Of a stretch of DNA of 64,000 bases, positions 54,917 through 64,000 are shown one piece after another. This DNA is from Candidatus Latescibacterota bacterium. GTDB taxonomy: Bacteria > Latescibacterota > UBA2968 > UBA8231. The stretch's first letter is position 1, and every line of letters begins with the position of its first letter. Both the position numbers and the translations under genes were made by a program. A model generated the notes under the pieces. That model did no database searches, was not told the origin of the DNA, and saw only the letters and a program-made list of their open reading frames with translations. The DNA lies in NCBI GenBank assembly GCA_965197905.1, contig CBDAOB010000002.1, forward strand, positions 288,001-352,000. Direction: 5' to 3'.

Positions 54917-55954
54917 CTACGCGGCGGCGTCGCGGGTCATCTTGAGTGCTGTCACCGGATGCCCGTCGGGAAGAGCCCGTAACCAGACGCCGTCGAGGAA
55001 GAAATCTTCGCCGCGTCCGGTAACCTCGAATCCCAGCTGCCTGAATAGCTCCTGCTTCTGTTCATCCTCCTGCGACACGGTGACGACGAACCCTCGGGCG
55101 TTGCGCGCACGTGCCCAATCCATTACGGCGCGGATGAACTCGGCCCAGTTCTCCAGATAATACGGATGCGTAAAGCCATCGACCGAGCAAATTCGATCGT
55201 CGACGAATTTCGCGCTTGAGAGTCCCACCACCTTCTGCCGGTCGCCCGCTCGCGCCGCGAAGAAGGTAGAGGAGGGTTGATCGAGCATATCGACGTATGC
55301 CCCGCACTGACCCGCGAAGCTGCGGCGCACGAAATATCGCGTGGTGTAGATCTTTGCATTGCAGTCCATCACCTGCCAGTCGTGGGGCGTGTGCACCAAT
55401 GGCACCGAAGGAGTGCGGTCATCTGCCTCGCCAGGATGGATCGTCGCCGGCCCCAGGTTGCGGAAGTAGTCGGTGAAATACGCCTCCGGTGATTCACCCG
55501 ACATTGCCTGCACCAATGCATTGGAGCCGACGAGCTTGGAATAACCGACGCGGGCGTAGATACGGTCAGCCTCCTGGTTGCCGCCGCCCATAACGATCGC
55601 TTCGCCGCCGGCCGCGCGGAATTCAGCGACCGGTTGCTCGAAGAGGACGCGACCGATGCCGCGGCGGCGATATTCGGGATCGGTTCCCGGCATGCCAAAT
55701 TCGGCGAGCTTGGGATCGCGACGAGAAACCCACAACATGGAGGTTCCTACCAACAGGCCATCTAACCGGGCGACATAGAGCAGCTTGCGATCTTCCGGTC
55801 GGTCGCGGTCGTTGAGGGTTTCGATGTAGGCGGACAGGTCCGACGACTGGCCGATCTGCTCCGGCACCTTGTTCCACAGCTCGAGGATCTCCCTGGCCAG
55901 GGCTTCGTCTTCGATGGGAGATTCGAATCGGATAATCTGGAATTCACTCGCCAT
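54917..55954 (-). CDS. Tandem GNAT-domain acetyltransferase
   Basis: YRRRGIG acetyl-CoA motif, YARVGY, second GNAT-like half ending FRQLGFE. Confidence 0.75.
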   Translation of the reverse strand: MASEFQIIRFESPIEDEALAREILELWNKVPEQIGQSSDLSAYIETLNDRDRPEDRKLLYVARLDGLLVGTSMLWVSRRDPKLAEFGMPGTDPEYRRRGIGRVLFEQPVAEFRAAGGEAIVMGGGNQEADRIYARVGYSKLVGSNALVQAMSGESPEAYFTDYFRNLGPATIHPGEADDRTPSVPLVHTPHDWQVMDCNAKIYTTRYFVRRSFAGQCGAYVDMLDQPSSTFFAARAGDRQKVVGLSSAKFVDDRICSVDGFTHPYYLENWAEFIRAVMDWARARNARGFVVTVSQEDEQKQELFRQLGFEVTGRGEDFFLDGVWLRALPDGHPVTALKMTRDAAA

Positions 55955-56008
55955 TGGCTTCTTTGTCTCCGAACCGTCGCTTCAAATGGCCCGAGGACGC
56001 GACCTGGT

Positions 56009-57505
56009 TCAGCCTTCGTTCACGTAGACCGCATACAGATGGGTGTCGTCCGGCCGTTTACCCAACCAGGTGACCTTGGTGCGGATGGTCTGGCCTGCAA
56101 GGTCGACGGTCTGCGAGCCGTTCCAGACGGCCGTTTGAGACAAGCCCGGTTCGCGAATGGTTGCGGCGTTCGCTCCCGACAGACCTTCGATAGGACGGTA
56201 CTGCTCGTCCAGCAACTCGACGGAAAGGTAGGAGTCCTCGGAGATCCCGTCTGCGTTTACCGAGACACGTGCGGCATTACCATCGATGCGAATGGGACAC
56301 GACACCGTATGGGGATCGGTCTGAGCGATAGGAATGTCCACGTGCCGACCCCAGAACATGGTGTGGGTGTCTTCCGGCATGAGCAGATTCGGCTTGGGGT
56401 CTGCCACCACCTCGAAGTAGCCCAGCCGATCGCGGGGCCAGCGGGCGACGCAGATGAAATCGCATTCCCAGCCCCAGTACCATATGAGGGTCTCGTCGCC
56501 GATATTCTCGTAGCCCTGTCCCTGTTCCGCCTTGGGGGCGTGCACCATCTCTTCCCGTTCCTCCGAAAGGAGTTCGTAGCCGGAGATGATGTGGAAATCC
56601 GGGACCGGTTCATCGAAGTAGAGGGCGTCGTGGCTCACCACTAGGCCGAGGTCCTGGGATACGAACCCGCGATCGTTCGACTCGCCATGCCATTGCCCGT
56701 AGAGGCCGAGAATGACGTTGCCTCGGTTCCAGTAGCTGGCGCCCAGATGCACCTGCTCTCCCGCGTGCGGTCCAGGCATCGCCGGATAGGGTGGTATGTC
56801 TTTTCGCAGACCGACGGCAACCGCGTCGCTCCAGTGGTCGAAGTCGTAGGATATGTAGGTCACCAGTGCCCGTTTGGTGCCGACATTGCCGCCCTGTCCG
56901 GACAGATAGAAGCAGCCGTTGTACTTCATGAGGCCGCCCGGCTCGACGGCGTTGTGTTTGAGCACCGGATTGTGGCTGGACTCTGTCCAGACCAATCCGT
57001 CCGGACTGAAGGCCGCAATGTTGATGAACGGGTGAACCTCGTTCACCAGCTTGAACCGGCGGTTGGGGTCTGGGTCGTCGGTGTCGTGGACTACGAGAAT
57101 GGAAGCCATGCTGGTGTTGTGTTCGCTGTCGAACCGCAACAGGTTGTTCTTGGCGCTGCCGTTGAACTCCACCAGACCCAGTTCAGGTTTTTCCCAGTTG
57201 ATGCCGTCGGTGCTGACGGCATAACACATCCGCATCCCTTTCTTGCCGTTGTCCTCCCCCATGCCCCCGTACCACATTCGGAGCTCGTCCCCGACGCGAA
57301 TCACCGTGCCATAATAGTGCAATCCGAGACCATCCGGAGATTTGGGATCGCCGCTGTGCAGCACCTTCGGGTGTGGCTTGTACGGATTCGTAGCGGTAAC
57401 GAGACCGTATCGCAAACGATACCGGAGCGGCATGCTCCACTTGTCGAAGGGGAAGAGGACCGCCTCGTCGAGGGTTATGTCGGGTCCACCGTTTTTCACG
57501 ATCAT
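56009..57505 (-). CDS. Hypothetical five-bladed beta-propeller (GH32/43-like) protein
   Basis: RMWY, YAVSTDGINWEKPELG, DPDPNRRFK, SPDGLVW, DRLG. No signal peptide. Confidence 0.7.
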   Translation of the reverse strand: MIVKNGGPDITLDEAVLFPFDKWSMPLRYRLRYGLVTATNPYKPHPKVLHSGDPKSPDGLGLHYYGTVIRVGDELRMWYGGMGEDNGKKGMRMCYAVSTDGINWEKPELGLVEFNGSAKNNLLRFDSEHNTSMASILVVHDTDDPDPNRRFKLVNEVHPFINIAAFSPDGLVWTESSHNPVLKHNAVEPGGLMKYNGCFYLSGQGGNVGTKRALVTYISYDFDHWSDAVAVGLRKDIPPYPAMPGPHAGEQVHLGASYWNRGNVILGLYGQWHGESNDRGFVSQDLGLVVSHDALYFDEPVPDFHIISGYELLSEEREEMVHAPKAEQGQGYENIGDETLIWYWGWECDFICVARWPRDRLGYFEVVADPKPNLLMPEDTHTMFWGRHVDIPIAQTDPHTVSCPIRIDGNAARVSVNADGISEDSYLSVELLDEQYRPIEGLSGANAATIREPGLSQTAVWNGSQTVDLAGQTIRTKVTWLGKRPDDTHLYAVYVNEG

Positions 57506-57648
57506 GGTTGATTCTCCGGTTTCTCAGTCCTAGCGGCGTCCAATCGATACTCCGCTGCGTCTTGGGCATCGAAAAGGAATTCGGGTTCTGGGAAGGCGGT
57601 AGCCAACGCGCAAACTTGCTTCAACTCCGGAACTCTCACGGCCATTCT

Positions 57649-58434
57649 TTAACGAACACACCCGTCAAAGCTGCGACCGCAGATCGGGTACCACTCCGGC
57701 TCCTCCTCTTCGCCCGTGTAGGTCGACCGAGCCGACATGTAGGACAGGGCGATGGCCCGTCGCCATTTGTTCGAATGATTGGGGGCGGTGTAGTGCGGCA
57801 GCAGGGAATGAAAAAAGAGTCCGCCCCCTGCCGGCACCGGAACCAGCTTCATGTCGTCGAAGTCGTAGTGCCCTTCTTCCACGACAAAATCATCGGTCAC
57901 CTTCACGTGCGGCAGCGGCCCTTTCTTGTGGGTGCCGGGAAGTGCCCCCATGCAGCCGTTCTCTTCGGTGGAATCGTCGATGGCAAACCAGCAGCTGCAC
58001 AGATCCATCGGCTCGATCGGCCAGTAGGGCGAATCCTGGTGCATGCCCTTTTGAGAGCCGACATCGGGGGGTTTCAGCAGGAGGGAATTGCGGTACATCT
58101 TGATATCGGGCCCGAGAATCTGCTGGAGGACACAAAGTATGTTTGGATGCAAACCGAGCTTGTTGTAGAGCTCGTCGTTCTCCACCAGTCCATCGATCTT
58201 GCGGATCCCGTCTCCGGGATGTTTCACCGACATCTCTCCCCGTTCGACTCGGGGTTCGATCCAGACTCTGACCTTTTCCGTCGACCGCCCTTGGTGGGTG
58301 TATTCGCGCAGCCGTTTTTGCAGACCGGTGACCTCATGGGGCGAAAGCAGGTTCTCCACCACGACAAATCCATCGCTCCGGTACGCCGCGAGCTCCTCAG
58401 CTTGAAGCAGGCGCGGCTCTTTCAAGCGAATCAT
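57649..58434 (-). CDS. PhyH-family dioxygenase
   Basis: YRSDGFVV, HQDSPYW, ENGCM..LPGTH, FHSLLPH. Confidence 0.92.
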   Translation of the reverse strand: MIRLKEPRLLQAEELAAYRSDGFVVVENLLSPHEVTGLQKRLREYTHQGRSTEKVRVWIEPRVERGEMSVKHPGDGIRKIDGLVENDELYNKLGLHPNILCVLQQILGPDIKMYRNSLLLKPPDVGSQKGMHQDSPYWPIEPMDLCSCWFAIDDSTEENGCMGALPGTHKKGPLPHVKVTDDFVVEEGHYDFDDMKLVPVPAGGGLFFHSLLPHYTAPNHSNKWRRAIALSYMSARSTYTGEEEEPEWYPICGRSFDGCVR

Positions 58435-58446
58435 TCGTAAACTCGC

Positions 58447-60018
58447 TCAGCCTACGTATACAGCGAATAACTGAGCGTCTTCAGGACGCAGGCCGTCCCA
58501 GTTGACCCGCACCCGCACGGGACCTTCGATACCGTCGATGCGGTTTCCTTGCTTCCATGCCACCCTTTGGCGCAAACCGGGTTCGGCCATCGAGATGCAA
58601 TCGTCTCCCGAATATCCTGGAATTGGATAGAAGGACTCGCTCAGCAGCTCAACGTTGAGCCGGCTGTGCTCGTGTAGCCGATCGGCGTTGATGTAGACGC
58701 TCAGTCCGTCTTTGCGCAGAGAGATCGGACAGGAGATCACGTGGGGCTCTACCGCCACGTCGCGGTAGCCCTGACCCTGGAAGATCGGCGCCGAGACGGC
58801 GGAGAAGAACCCGAGACGATCGCGCGGCCAGGTGGCGACGCGAACCATGCCTCGCGCCGGGTATTCCCACGTGGAGTAATAATGCACCGTCCGCTCGCCG
58901 ATGTTGGCGAAGCTACCCTGCACTAGCTTCGAGCCGGCGCCCCAGCCGGGATGTCCGACGGGGTTCTCCTCAAAACAACGCACGATCTTGAAATCGGGCA
59001 CCGGCTCGCGGAAATGCATGGCGTCGTGGCTTATCACGAGCCCGATGTCCTGGGTGGCGTAGACCCGATCGTTGCTCTCGTTGTGGTACATGCCGTAGAA
59101 ACCGATGATCACGTTGCCACGGTTCCACACCATCGCTCCTTCGTGCACCTGCTCCCCCCGATGCCATTCGAAGTCCATTATTGGCTTGGGGGGAATGGGG
59201 TCGCGTCGAAAGCTCGGCACCGCAGCCAGGGTCCACTTCTCGAAGTCGTAACTCGCCCAGGTCATCATCTCGCGCTTGGCGGCGCCATCCACAGGGTGGG
59301 GAATGGTCTTGTTGAACGGCCCTGGCCCGCCCTGTCCGTTGACGTACCAGCACCCCCTGAATTTAAAAGGCGGGGTTCCGGGTTCGATTCCCTGGCCCAC
59401 CGCCTTGCCTTTGGTCCAGGTCAATCCGTCGGCACTGTAGTGTATATGCAGTCGCATCATCCCCCCGATGCTGACCATCTTAAATCGTTTGTTCGGATCG
59501 GTTTCCTCCGGATCGTAGGCGGTAAATCGCAGCTCGCCGCCGTCCTCATCCACCAGGTTGTTCTGTTTGGAGCCGTTGTACTCCACTAGGCCGAGGATGG
59601 GCTTCTCCCAATTGAAGCCATCCTTGCTGATCGCGTAGCCGATCTGGCGGCGGTTGTCGATTGGCGGTCCTCCGGAATAGTAGCAGGGAGAGGTGTCACC
59701 GGACGAATCGCCACGGCAGGTGTACCACATGCGGTATTCGTCGCCCACCTGCAGAATGGTCGGGAAGATGATCTCCGTGCTGTCCGGTGTGCCAGGTCCG
59801 CCCAGCTGAAGCACCGGATCGCCGGGATGGTCCCGATCTTCGTAGGGGCCTCCCTCCCGGTGCTCCCCAGGCCCGCGGGCGCCAGGGATCAGATGCATCA
59901 GCACGTCCTTGCGGAAGGGGATGCTGCAGTCATCGAACGGAAAGAGCACTGCCTCTTCCACCTCGAAACTTGGGCTGCCGCTGTTGACTCCTACAGCCGG
60001 ATTTGTCGCGGTTGCCAT
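58447..60018 (-). CDS. Hypothetical five-bladed beta-propeller (GH32/43-like) protein, paralog of 56009-57505
   Basis: Shared EAVLFPFD, GEQVH.GA..WNRGNVI.G.YG..H.ESNDR, WPRDRLG. ATG at 60018 after GGAG. Confidence 0.72.
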   Translation of the reverse strand: MATATNPAVGVNSGSPSFEVEEAVLFPFDDCSIPFRKDVLMHLIPGARGPGEHREGGPYEDRDHPGDPVLQLGGPGTPDSTEIIFPTILQVGDEYRMWYTCRGDSSGDTSPCYYSGGPPIDNRRQIGYAISKDGFNWEKPILGLVEYNGSKQNNLVDEDGGELRFTAYDPEETDPNKRFKMVSIGGMMRLHIHYSADGLTWTKGKAVGQGIEPGTPPFKFRGCWYVNGQGGPGPFNKTIPHPVDGAAKREMMTWASYDFEKWTLAAVPSFRRDPIPPKPIMDFEWHRGEQVHEGAMVWNRGNVIIGFYGMYHNESNDRVYATQDIGLVISHDAMHFREPVPDFKIVRCFEENPVGHPGWGAGSKLVQGSFANIGERTVHYYSTWEYPARGMVRVATWPRDRLGFFSAVSAPIFQGQGYRDVAVEPHVISCPISLRKDGLSVYINADRLHEHSRLNVELLSESFYPIPGYSGDDCISMAEPGLRQRVAWKQGNRIDGIEGPVRVRVNWDGLRPEDAQLFAVYVG

Positions 60019-60121
60019 TGACGTTTCTCCCATTGATTTGTTTGATTCCATTGCCGGCCTCAAAGGCTGCGCAACCATTGGCAAGCTGTCAATTCGCACG
60101 AAAACCAAGTGGAGAACTGTC

Positions 60122-60250
60122 ATGCTGGAAATGACCGAGCGCGAGAAGTTCCTCTTCGACCTGAACGGCGTACGCGATAGTGTTCGGCTTTTCAGAGGCC
60201 AGATGGCCGCGGTGGCGATAGACCAGACGTTATTTGCCGAGATAGCCTGA
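60122..60250 (+). pseudogene. N-terminal remnant of a PhyH-family gene
   Basis: GGAG RBS then MLEMTEREKFLFDLNG, a typical PhyH N-terminus, followed by unrelated sequence and an early stop. Confidence 0.55.
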
Positions 60251-60258
60251 AGAAGACC

Positions 60259-61758
60259 ATGGACCTTCAGCTAATCGAACCTCACAAACACCGTCAGCTG
60301 TTCGTGGACGACGCCGCGTTGGAAACGGGGGCCGGCGCACAAAACCACGGTTGGACGCGGACCATGCATCCACCCAAGAAGTGCGGCCCCGTCATTCGTC
60401 CTGATCTATCCCGCGGTCAACGGTCGCTGCAAAGCCGCAGCGCGCCGCAATGGAATCCCGAAAAGGGAGTCTGGGAATGGTGGTATTTCGGCGAGCACGT
60501 CTACTACGCAACCTCGACCGACGGTGAGAACTGGGATCGCCCATCCCTAGGGCGTTACGAGTGGGAGGGTTCGAAAGAGAACAACATCGCGGACGATCCC
60601 GATAGCGGCGAAACCCGGCGATTGACCCACGTGCTTCGCGACGAAGCCGAAGATAGTCCGCAGCGACGCTACAAAGCGCTCTTTACCCGCAGGGCGGTCA
60701 TCAATGCCAGTAGCCGCTTCCTGGCAACGTCCCCGGACGGGTTCGACTGGACCATTCTGGATCGCCCTCCGATACCCAGCAGCGACGAATGCCACTTCAC
60801 TTACGACGAGTTCGGCCAGCAGTACCTGGCGCTCGTTAAGCACGGCACCGAATGGGGGCGCTCGGTTTTTCTTTCCACCAGCAAAGACTTCGAGCAGTTC
60901 ACTGAACCACAGCTCATCTTTCATTCCGACGAGCTCGACCGAGCGAACTGCCGGCGACGCGTACGCGAAGTGATCGAAGACCCCGACTATATTACACCGC
61001 CCATCGTCGACGATGTGGACTACATAGCCGAAGTCTACCAAATGGCCGTCATGCCGTACGAGGGATGTTATTTCGGGTTCCCCGGTCTGTTCAATCCGTT
61101 CGGAGCCATCGCCCCACCCACCAAGAACTTCACTCGCATCAACCAGGTGGAGCTGGCGTTTTCCCGCGACCTCCACAACTGGGATCGGCTCGGGGATCGA
61201 CAGGTGTTTGTCGGCCTCGACCGGTGGGACGGCGAAAACTACGGCACGAGCCAGATCCTGTTGACCGGCCGTCCGGTTGTACGCCCCGATCTTGGTGAGA
61301 TCTGGGTTTATTACAACGCCCTGCGCATGCCGGGGAACCGGGAACAATACCAGCAGCTGGACCGCAACCGGGAACTCTTCAGACTCAATGTGGATCCGGA
61401 GCTCTTCGAGGACGCGGGCGCCCTGTCGTTGGCAAAGCTCCGCCTGGACGGTTTTATCTCGCTCGACGGAGGTGAGGCGGCGACCATCACCACCAAACCG
61501 TTCATGCTAAGAGGTGAAGAGGTATACATCAACGTCGACGCCAAATGGGGGACGATCTTTGCCGAGATCGTCGATGGGGAAACCATGAAACGCTTCCCTG
61601 GGGGCTTCACCGTCATTGGCGAACCAGTCAGCGGCGATCACAGGCGCGCGAAGATAATCTGGCAGGGAGAACACGACCGGGTCTTCGAGCGGCCGGTTCG
61701 CATCATCTTCGACCTGCACCAGACGCGCTTCTACTCCTTCTGGCTGCAGAAGGAATGA
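60259..61758 (+). CDS. Hypothetical beta-propeller (GH32-like) protein
   Basis: RQLFVDD, YATSTDGENWDRP, RRYKA, SPDGFDW, SRDLHNW, LRLDGFISL. Confidence 0.72.
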   Translation: MDLQLIEPHKHRQLFVDDAALETGAGAQNHGWTRTMHPPKKCGPVIRPDLSRGQRSLQSRSAPQWNPEKGVWEWWYFGEHVYYATSTDGENWDRPSLGRYEWEGSKENNIADDPDSGETRRLTHVLRDEAEDSPQRRYKALFTRRAVINASSRFLATSPDGFDWTILDRPPIPSSDECHFTYDEFGQQYLALVKHGTEWGRSVFLSTSKDFEQFTEPQLIFHSDELDRANCRRRVREVIEDPDYITPPIVDDVDYIAEVYQMAVMPYEGCYFGFPGLFNPFGAIAPPTKNFTRINQVELAFSRDLHNWDRLGDRQVFVGLDRWDGENYGTSQILLTGRPVVRPDLGEIWVYYNALRMPGNREQYQQLDRNRELFRLNVDPELFEDAGALSLAKLRLDGFISLDGGEAATITTKPFMLRGEEVYINVDAKWGTIFAEIVDGETMKRFPGGFTVIGEPVSGDHRRAKIIWQGEHDRVFERPVRIIFDLHQTRFYSFWLQKE

Positions 61759-61857
61759 CGCAAACCGTTCTTCTACGGCCTGAAGGTCGGCTACATTGTC
61801 GGGGTTGCCTCTTCCATCGTCGTCGATCTGATCTGGTTCCCCACCGCGGGGGGGTCA
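61759..61857 (+). pseudogene. C-terminal remnant of a DUF6784-like membrane protein gene
   Basis: KPFFYGLKVGYIVGVASSIVVDLIWFP aligns with the C-terminus of 6771-8699 (KPFFYGLAVAYAVGVGLSMIADAIWFP). No start codon. Confidence 0.7.
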
Positions 61858-61964
61858 CGCCGCGGCCGGACCGCGCGGAGTTGGGGAGCGCAGCGATGCC
61901 GGCGGCGTTTCGACCGGCGCGGTGCGCTTGACCGGCGGAACCGGTTCTAAACAAAGGAGCTATC

Positions 61965-63254
61965 ATGACCGTCTTGAGTACTCGCGATTGGGACTTCTGG
62001 GAAGAAAACGGCTACGTCGTCGTACCGAATGCCGTCCCTCAGGAAAACCTGGATGCCGTCGTTGAAGCCATGCAGGTGTTCTGCGGTCGCGACTTCTCGA
62101 GGCCGGAGGAATGGTACGGCATTCCCCGCAACCCGGGCAGCAGCCTCATCAACATGATGCGCCACCAAACCCTTTGGGAGAATCGCCAGTGTCCGCGTAT
62201 CCACCAGGCCTTTGCTGAGATTCTGGGCACCGAGGCGTTGATCGTCTCGCAGGACCGGGTCGCCATGAATCCGCCCAACTACGGCGACTGGCAGTATAGC
62301 GGGTTCATACACTGGGACATGGATTCGACTCAGCGCCCCATCCCACTGCAAGTGCAGGGCGTCCTCTACCTGGCCGATACCGCCGCTAATCAAGGAGGAT
62401 TTCAATGCGTGCCCGGTTTCCATCGGAAGCTGGAGGAATGGTCGAAAACCCAACCACCCGACCGCCATCCCAAGTGGCCCGAGGATATGGCAGCCTTCGA
62501 CGTTCAGTCCATTCCCGGGGAAGCCGGCGACCTGCTCATATGGCACAGCGCCTTACTCCACGGCAATGGCGCCAACTGCTTCAGTCGCCCCCGCCTGTCC
62601 CAGTTTATGCTGATGACGCCGGCCCAAGATCGAACCGGCAGCGGCGTGTTGCCCCTGGCTCGGACCCACGAGGAGGTCGTCGCTGAAGCCCTTGGTGCCC
62701 CGCAGGTTTTGGTGGAGCGCTGGTTGGCCGAACATCGCGGCAGTGACCTGGTGCATGCGCGGATCGAGGAGATACTCGGGGAACACCCCAGCTACCCGGC
62801 CTGGAAGATTCGCTCCAACGGCGACCTGTTCGTCGCCAAGAAATCGTTGGTAAAGCCGGTAGACGAGACCACCGTTGAGCTTACTCGCGCCGATGCTCAG
62901 AGTTTTGGTCTGCCAATCTTGCACCACCTGGAGGAAGGCCTGATCGAATCGATCCTGCGCATTCCGCAGCCGCAGCACGAACCGAAACTCAGTTCCGACC
63001 AACTGGCTCGCTTGCCCGATCTACTGCGACAGACTCCGGCCGCTTTCGACCTTGGCGACAGCACCATCTGGAATGAACACCATTGGCAGCACACGATTTG
63101 CGGAGGAGCGGCCTTTGGATGCGGCGACGACCGCATCTGGAACGAACGGGATGTCGCCTACCTGATGCACGTCGAGTTCGGTCTAGAGCTTGACGTCCGG
63201 GACGCCGTGCTCACACCCTTGGGCCGCAAGCTCGCTGGCGTCGATTCCTGGTAA
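61965..63254 (+). CDS. PhyH-family dioxygenase with a long C-terminal insertion
   Basis: AAGGAG RBS, FWEENGYVVV, IHWD, QGVLYLADT, WHSALLHGN, terminal LTPLGRKLAG..W. Confidence 0.85.
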   Translation: MTVLSTRDWDFWEENGYVVVPNAVPQENLDAVVEAMQVFCGRDFSRPEEWYGIPRNPGSSLINMMRHQTLWENRQCPRIHQAFAEILGTEALIVSQDRVAMNPPNYGDWQYSGFIHWDMDSTQRPIPLQVQGVLYLADTAANQGGFQCVPGFHRKLEEWSKTQPPDRHPKWPEDMAAFDVQSIPGEAGDLLIWHSALLHGNGANCFSRPRLSQFMLMTPAQDRTGSGVLPLARTHEEVVAEALGAPQVLVERWLAEHRGSDLVHARIEEILGEHPSYPAWKIRSNGDLFVAKKSLVKPVDETTVELTRADAQSFGLPILHHLEEGLIESILRIPQPQHEPKLSSDQLARLPDLLRQTPAAFDLGDSTIWNEHHWQHTICGGAAFGCGDDRIWNERDVAYLMHVEFGLELDVRDAVLTPLGRKLAGVDSW

Positions 63255-63357
63255 TCGTAACTTTCCTGCTCCACGCCGCGAGCCGGGATGGATCGGCGGC
63301 AGCATGTCAGCATGGGGAATGCCAAGTTACATTTGCGCCGAAAACTGGAGGATGCCC

Positions 63358-64000
63358 ATGTCCGAATTCGTTTTTCCCGACCTGCAGGGCATAAGCGACG
63401 CCTACGATCGGGACGGTTACGCCATCGTACGTCAGGTCCTGGATTCCGAGCTGTTGGAGGAGCTGAACCGGCATATCGATTGGCTCATTGAGCGGCACCC
63501 TGAGCTCGAGCCGGAGGGCCTCGGATGCCACCTGATAGCCGACGACCCCTTCTGGGTCCGTTTCCTGAGCGATCCGCATTTGCTGGACGTGGCGGGGGCG
63601 CTAATCGGCCCCAACATCGCCTTGTTTGCAGCAGACTACATCTGTAAGCCCCCAGGCAAAGGGAAAGGCGTACAGTGGCATCAGGACGGCCATTACTGGC
63701 CCCTTGAACCGCTGGAGGTAATCACCGCATGGTTTGCCGTCACCGAATCTGTTCCACAAAACGGCGGCGTTCGTGTCATTCCCGGCAGCCACCTCATCGG
63801 CCTGCAGAAACATGCGGCAAAGCGGGAGGATCACCTCCTGCTCAAGAAGGTCGATCCAGCTGTTGTGGACGAAAGCAAGGCGATCGATATCGAGCTCAAT
63901 CCGGGAGACATATCGGTGCACCACCCGCTGATTCTTCACGGCTCTGAGCCCAACACCAGCGACCGTTGGCGGCGGGGAGGATCTATTCAGTACATGCCGG
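63358..64000 (+). CDS. PhyH-family dioxygenase, 3'-partial
   Basis: GGAGG RBS and ATG at 63358. YDRDGY, WHQDGHYW, NGGVRVIPGSH, HHPLILHGSEPN. Runs off the window. Confidence 0.9.
   Translation, partial: MSEFVFPDLQGISDAYDRDGYAIVRQVLDSELLEELNRHIDWLIERHPELEPEGLGCHLIADDPFWVRFLSDPHLLDVAGALIGPNIALFAADYICKPPGKGKGVQWHQDGHYWPLEPLEVITAWFAVTESVPQNGGVRVIPGSHLIGLQKHAAKREDHLLLKKVDPAVVDESKAIDIELNPGDISVHHPLILHGSEPNTSDRWRRGGSIQYMP

Noticed and set aside
63309..63325. Sigma-54-like GG-N10-GC motif on the minus strand
   Set aside because: Points antisense into a PhyH gene, lacks TTGC and has no upstream cassette. Likely chance.

Overview
GC-rich bacterial DNA with dense coding and no rRNA, tRNA or CRISPR array seen. 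The gene mix (several PhyH-family dioxygenases, Gfo/Idh/MocA oxidoreductases, sulfatase, enolase-superfamily enzyme, cytoplasmic beta-propeller hydrolases) recalls uncultured Latescibacterota/Poribacteria-like heterotrophs, which is inference only. Recognisable genes include nrfHA (NrfA with CXXCH at heme 1) and an Lhr helicase. The most interesting region is a minus-strand signalling island at about 19.5-34.3 kb. It has two homologous sigma-54 promoter cassettes with matching upstream enhancer-like boxes, each followed by a small membrane-peptide ORF. It also has a DUF5916-like exported protein, two paralogous 14-blade beta-propeller sensor kinases with an unexplained N-terminal domain, a REC protein, an NtrC-type sigma-54 activator and a REC-HPt protein. 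One kinase is interrupted by an IS3-like element whose interior is a mosaic with the host gene. Other highlights: a PhyH dioxygenase carrying an IS630-transposase-like HTH insert, tandem CRP-type boxes upstream of a secreted EF-hand protein, a truncated orphan MotA-like gene, duplicated leaders and gene remnants. Several single-base frameshifts may be assembly errors. All family calls come from motif recognition by eye, not database searches.
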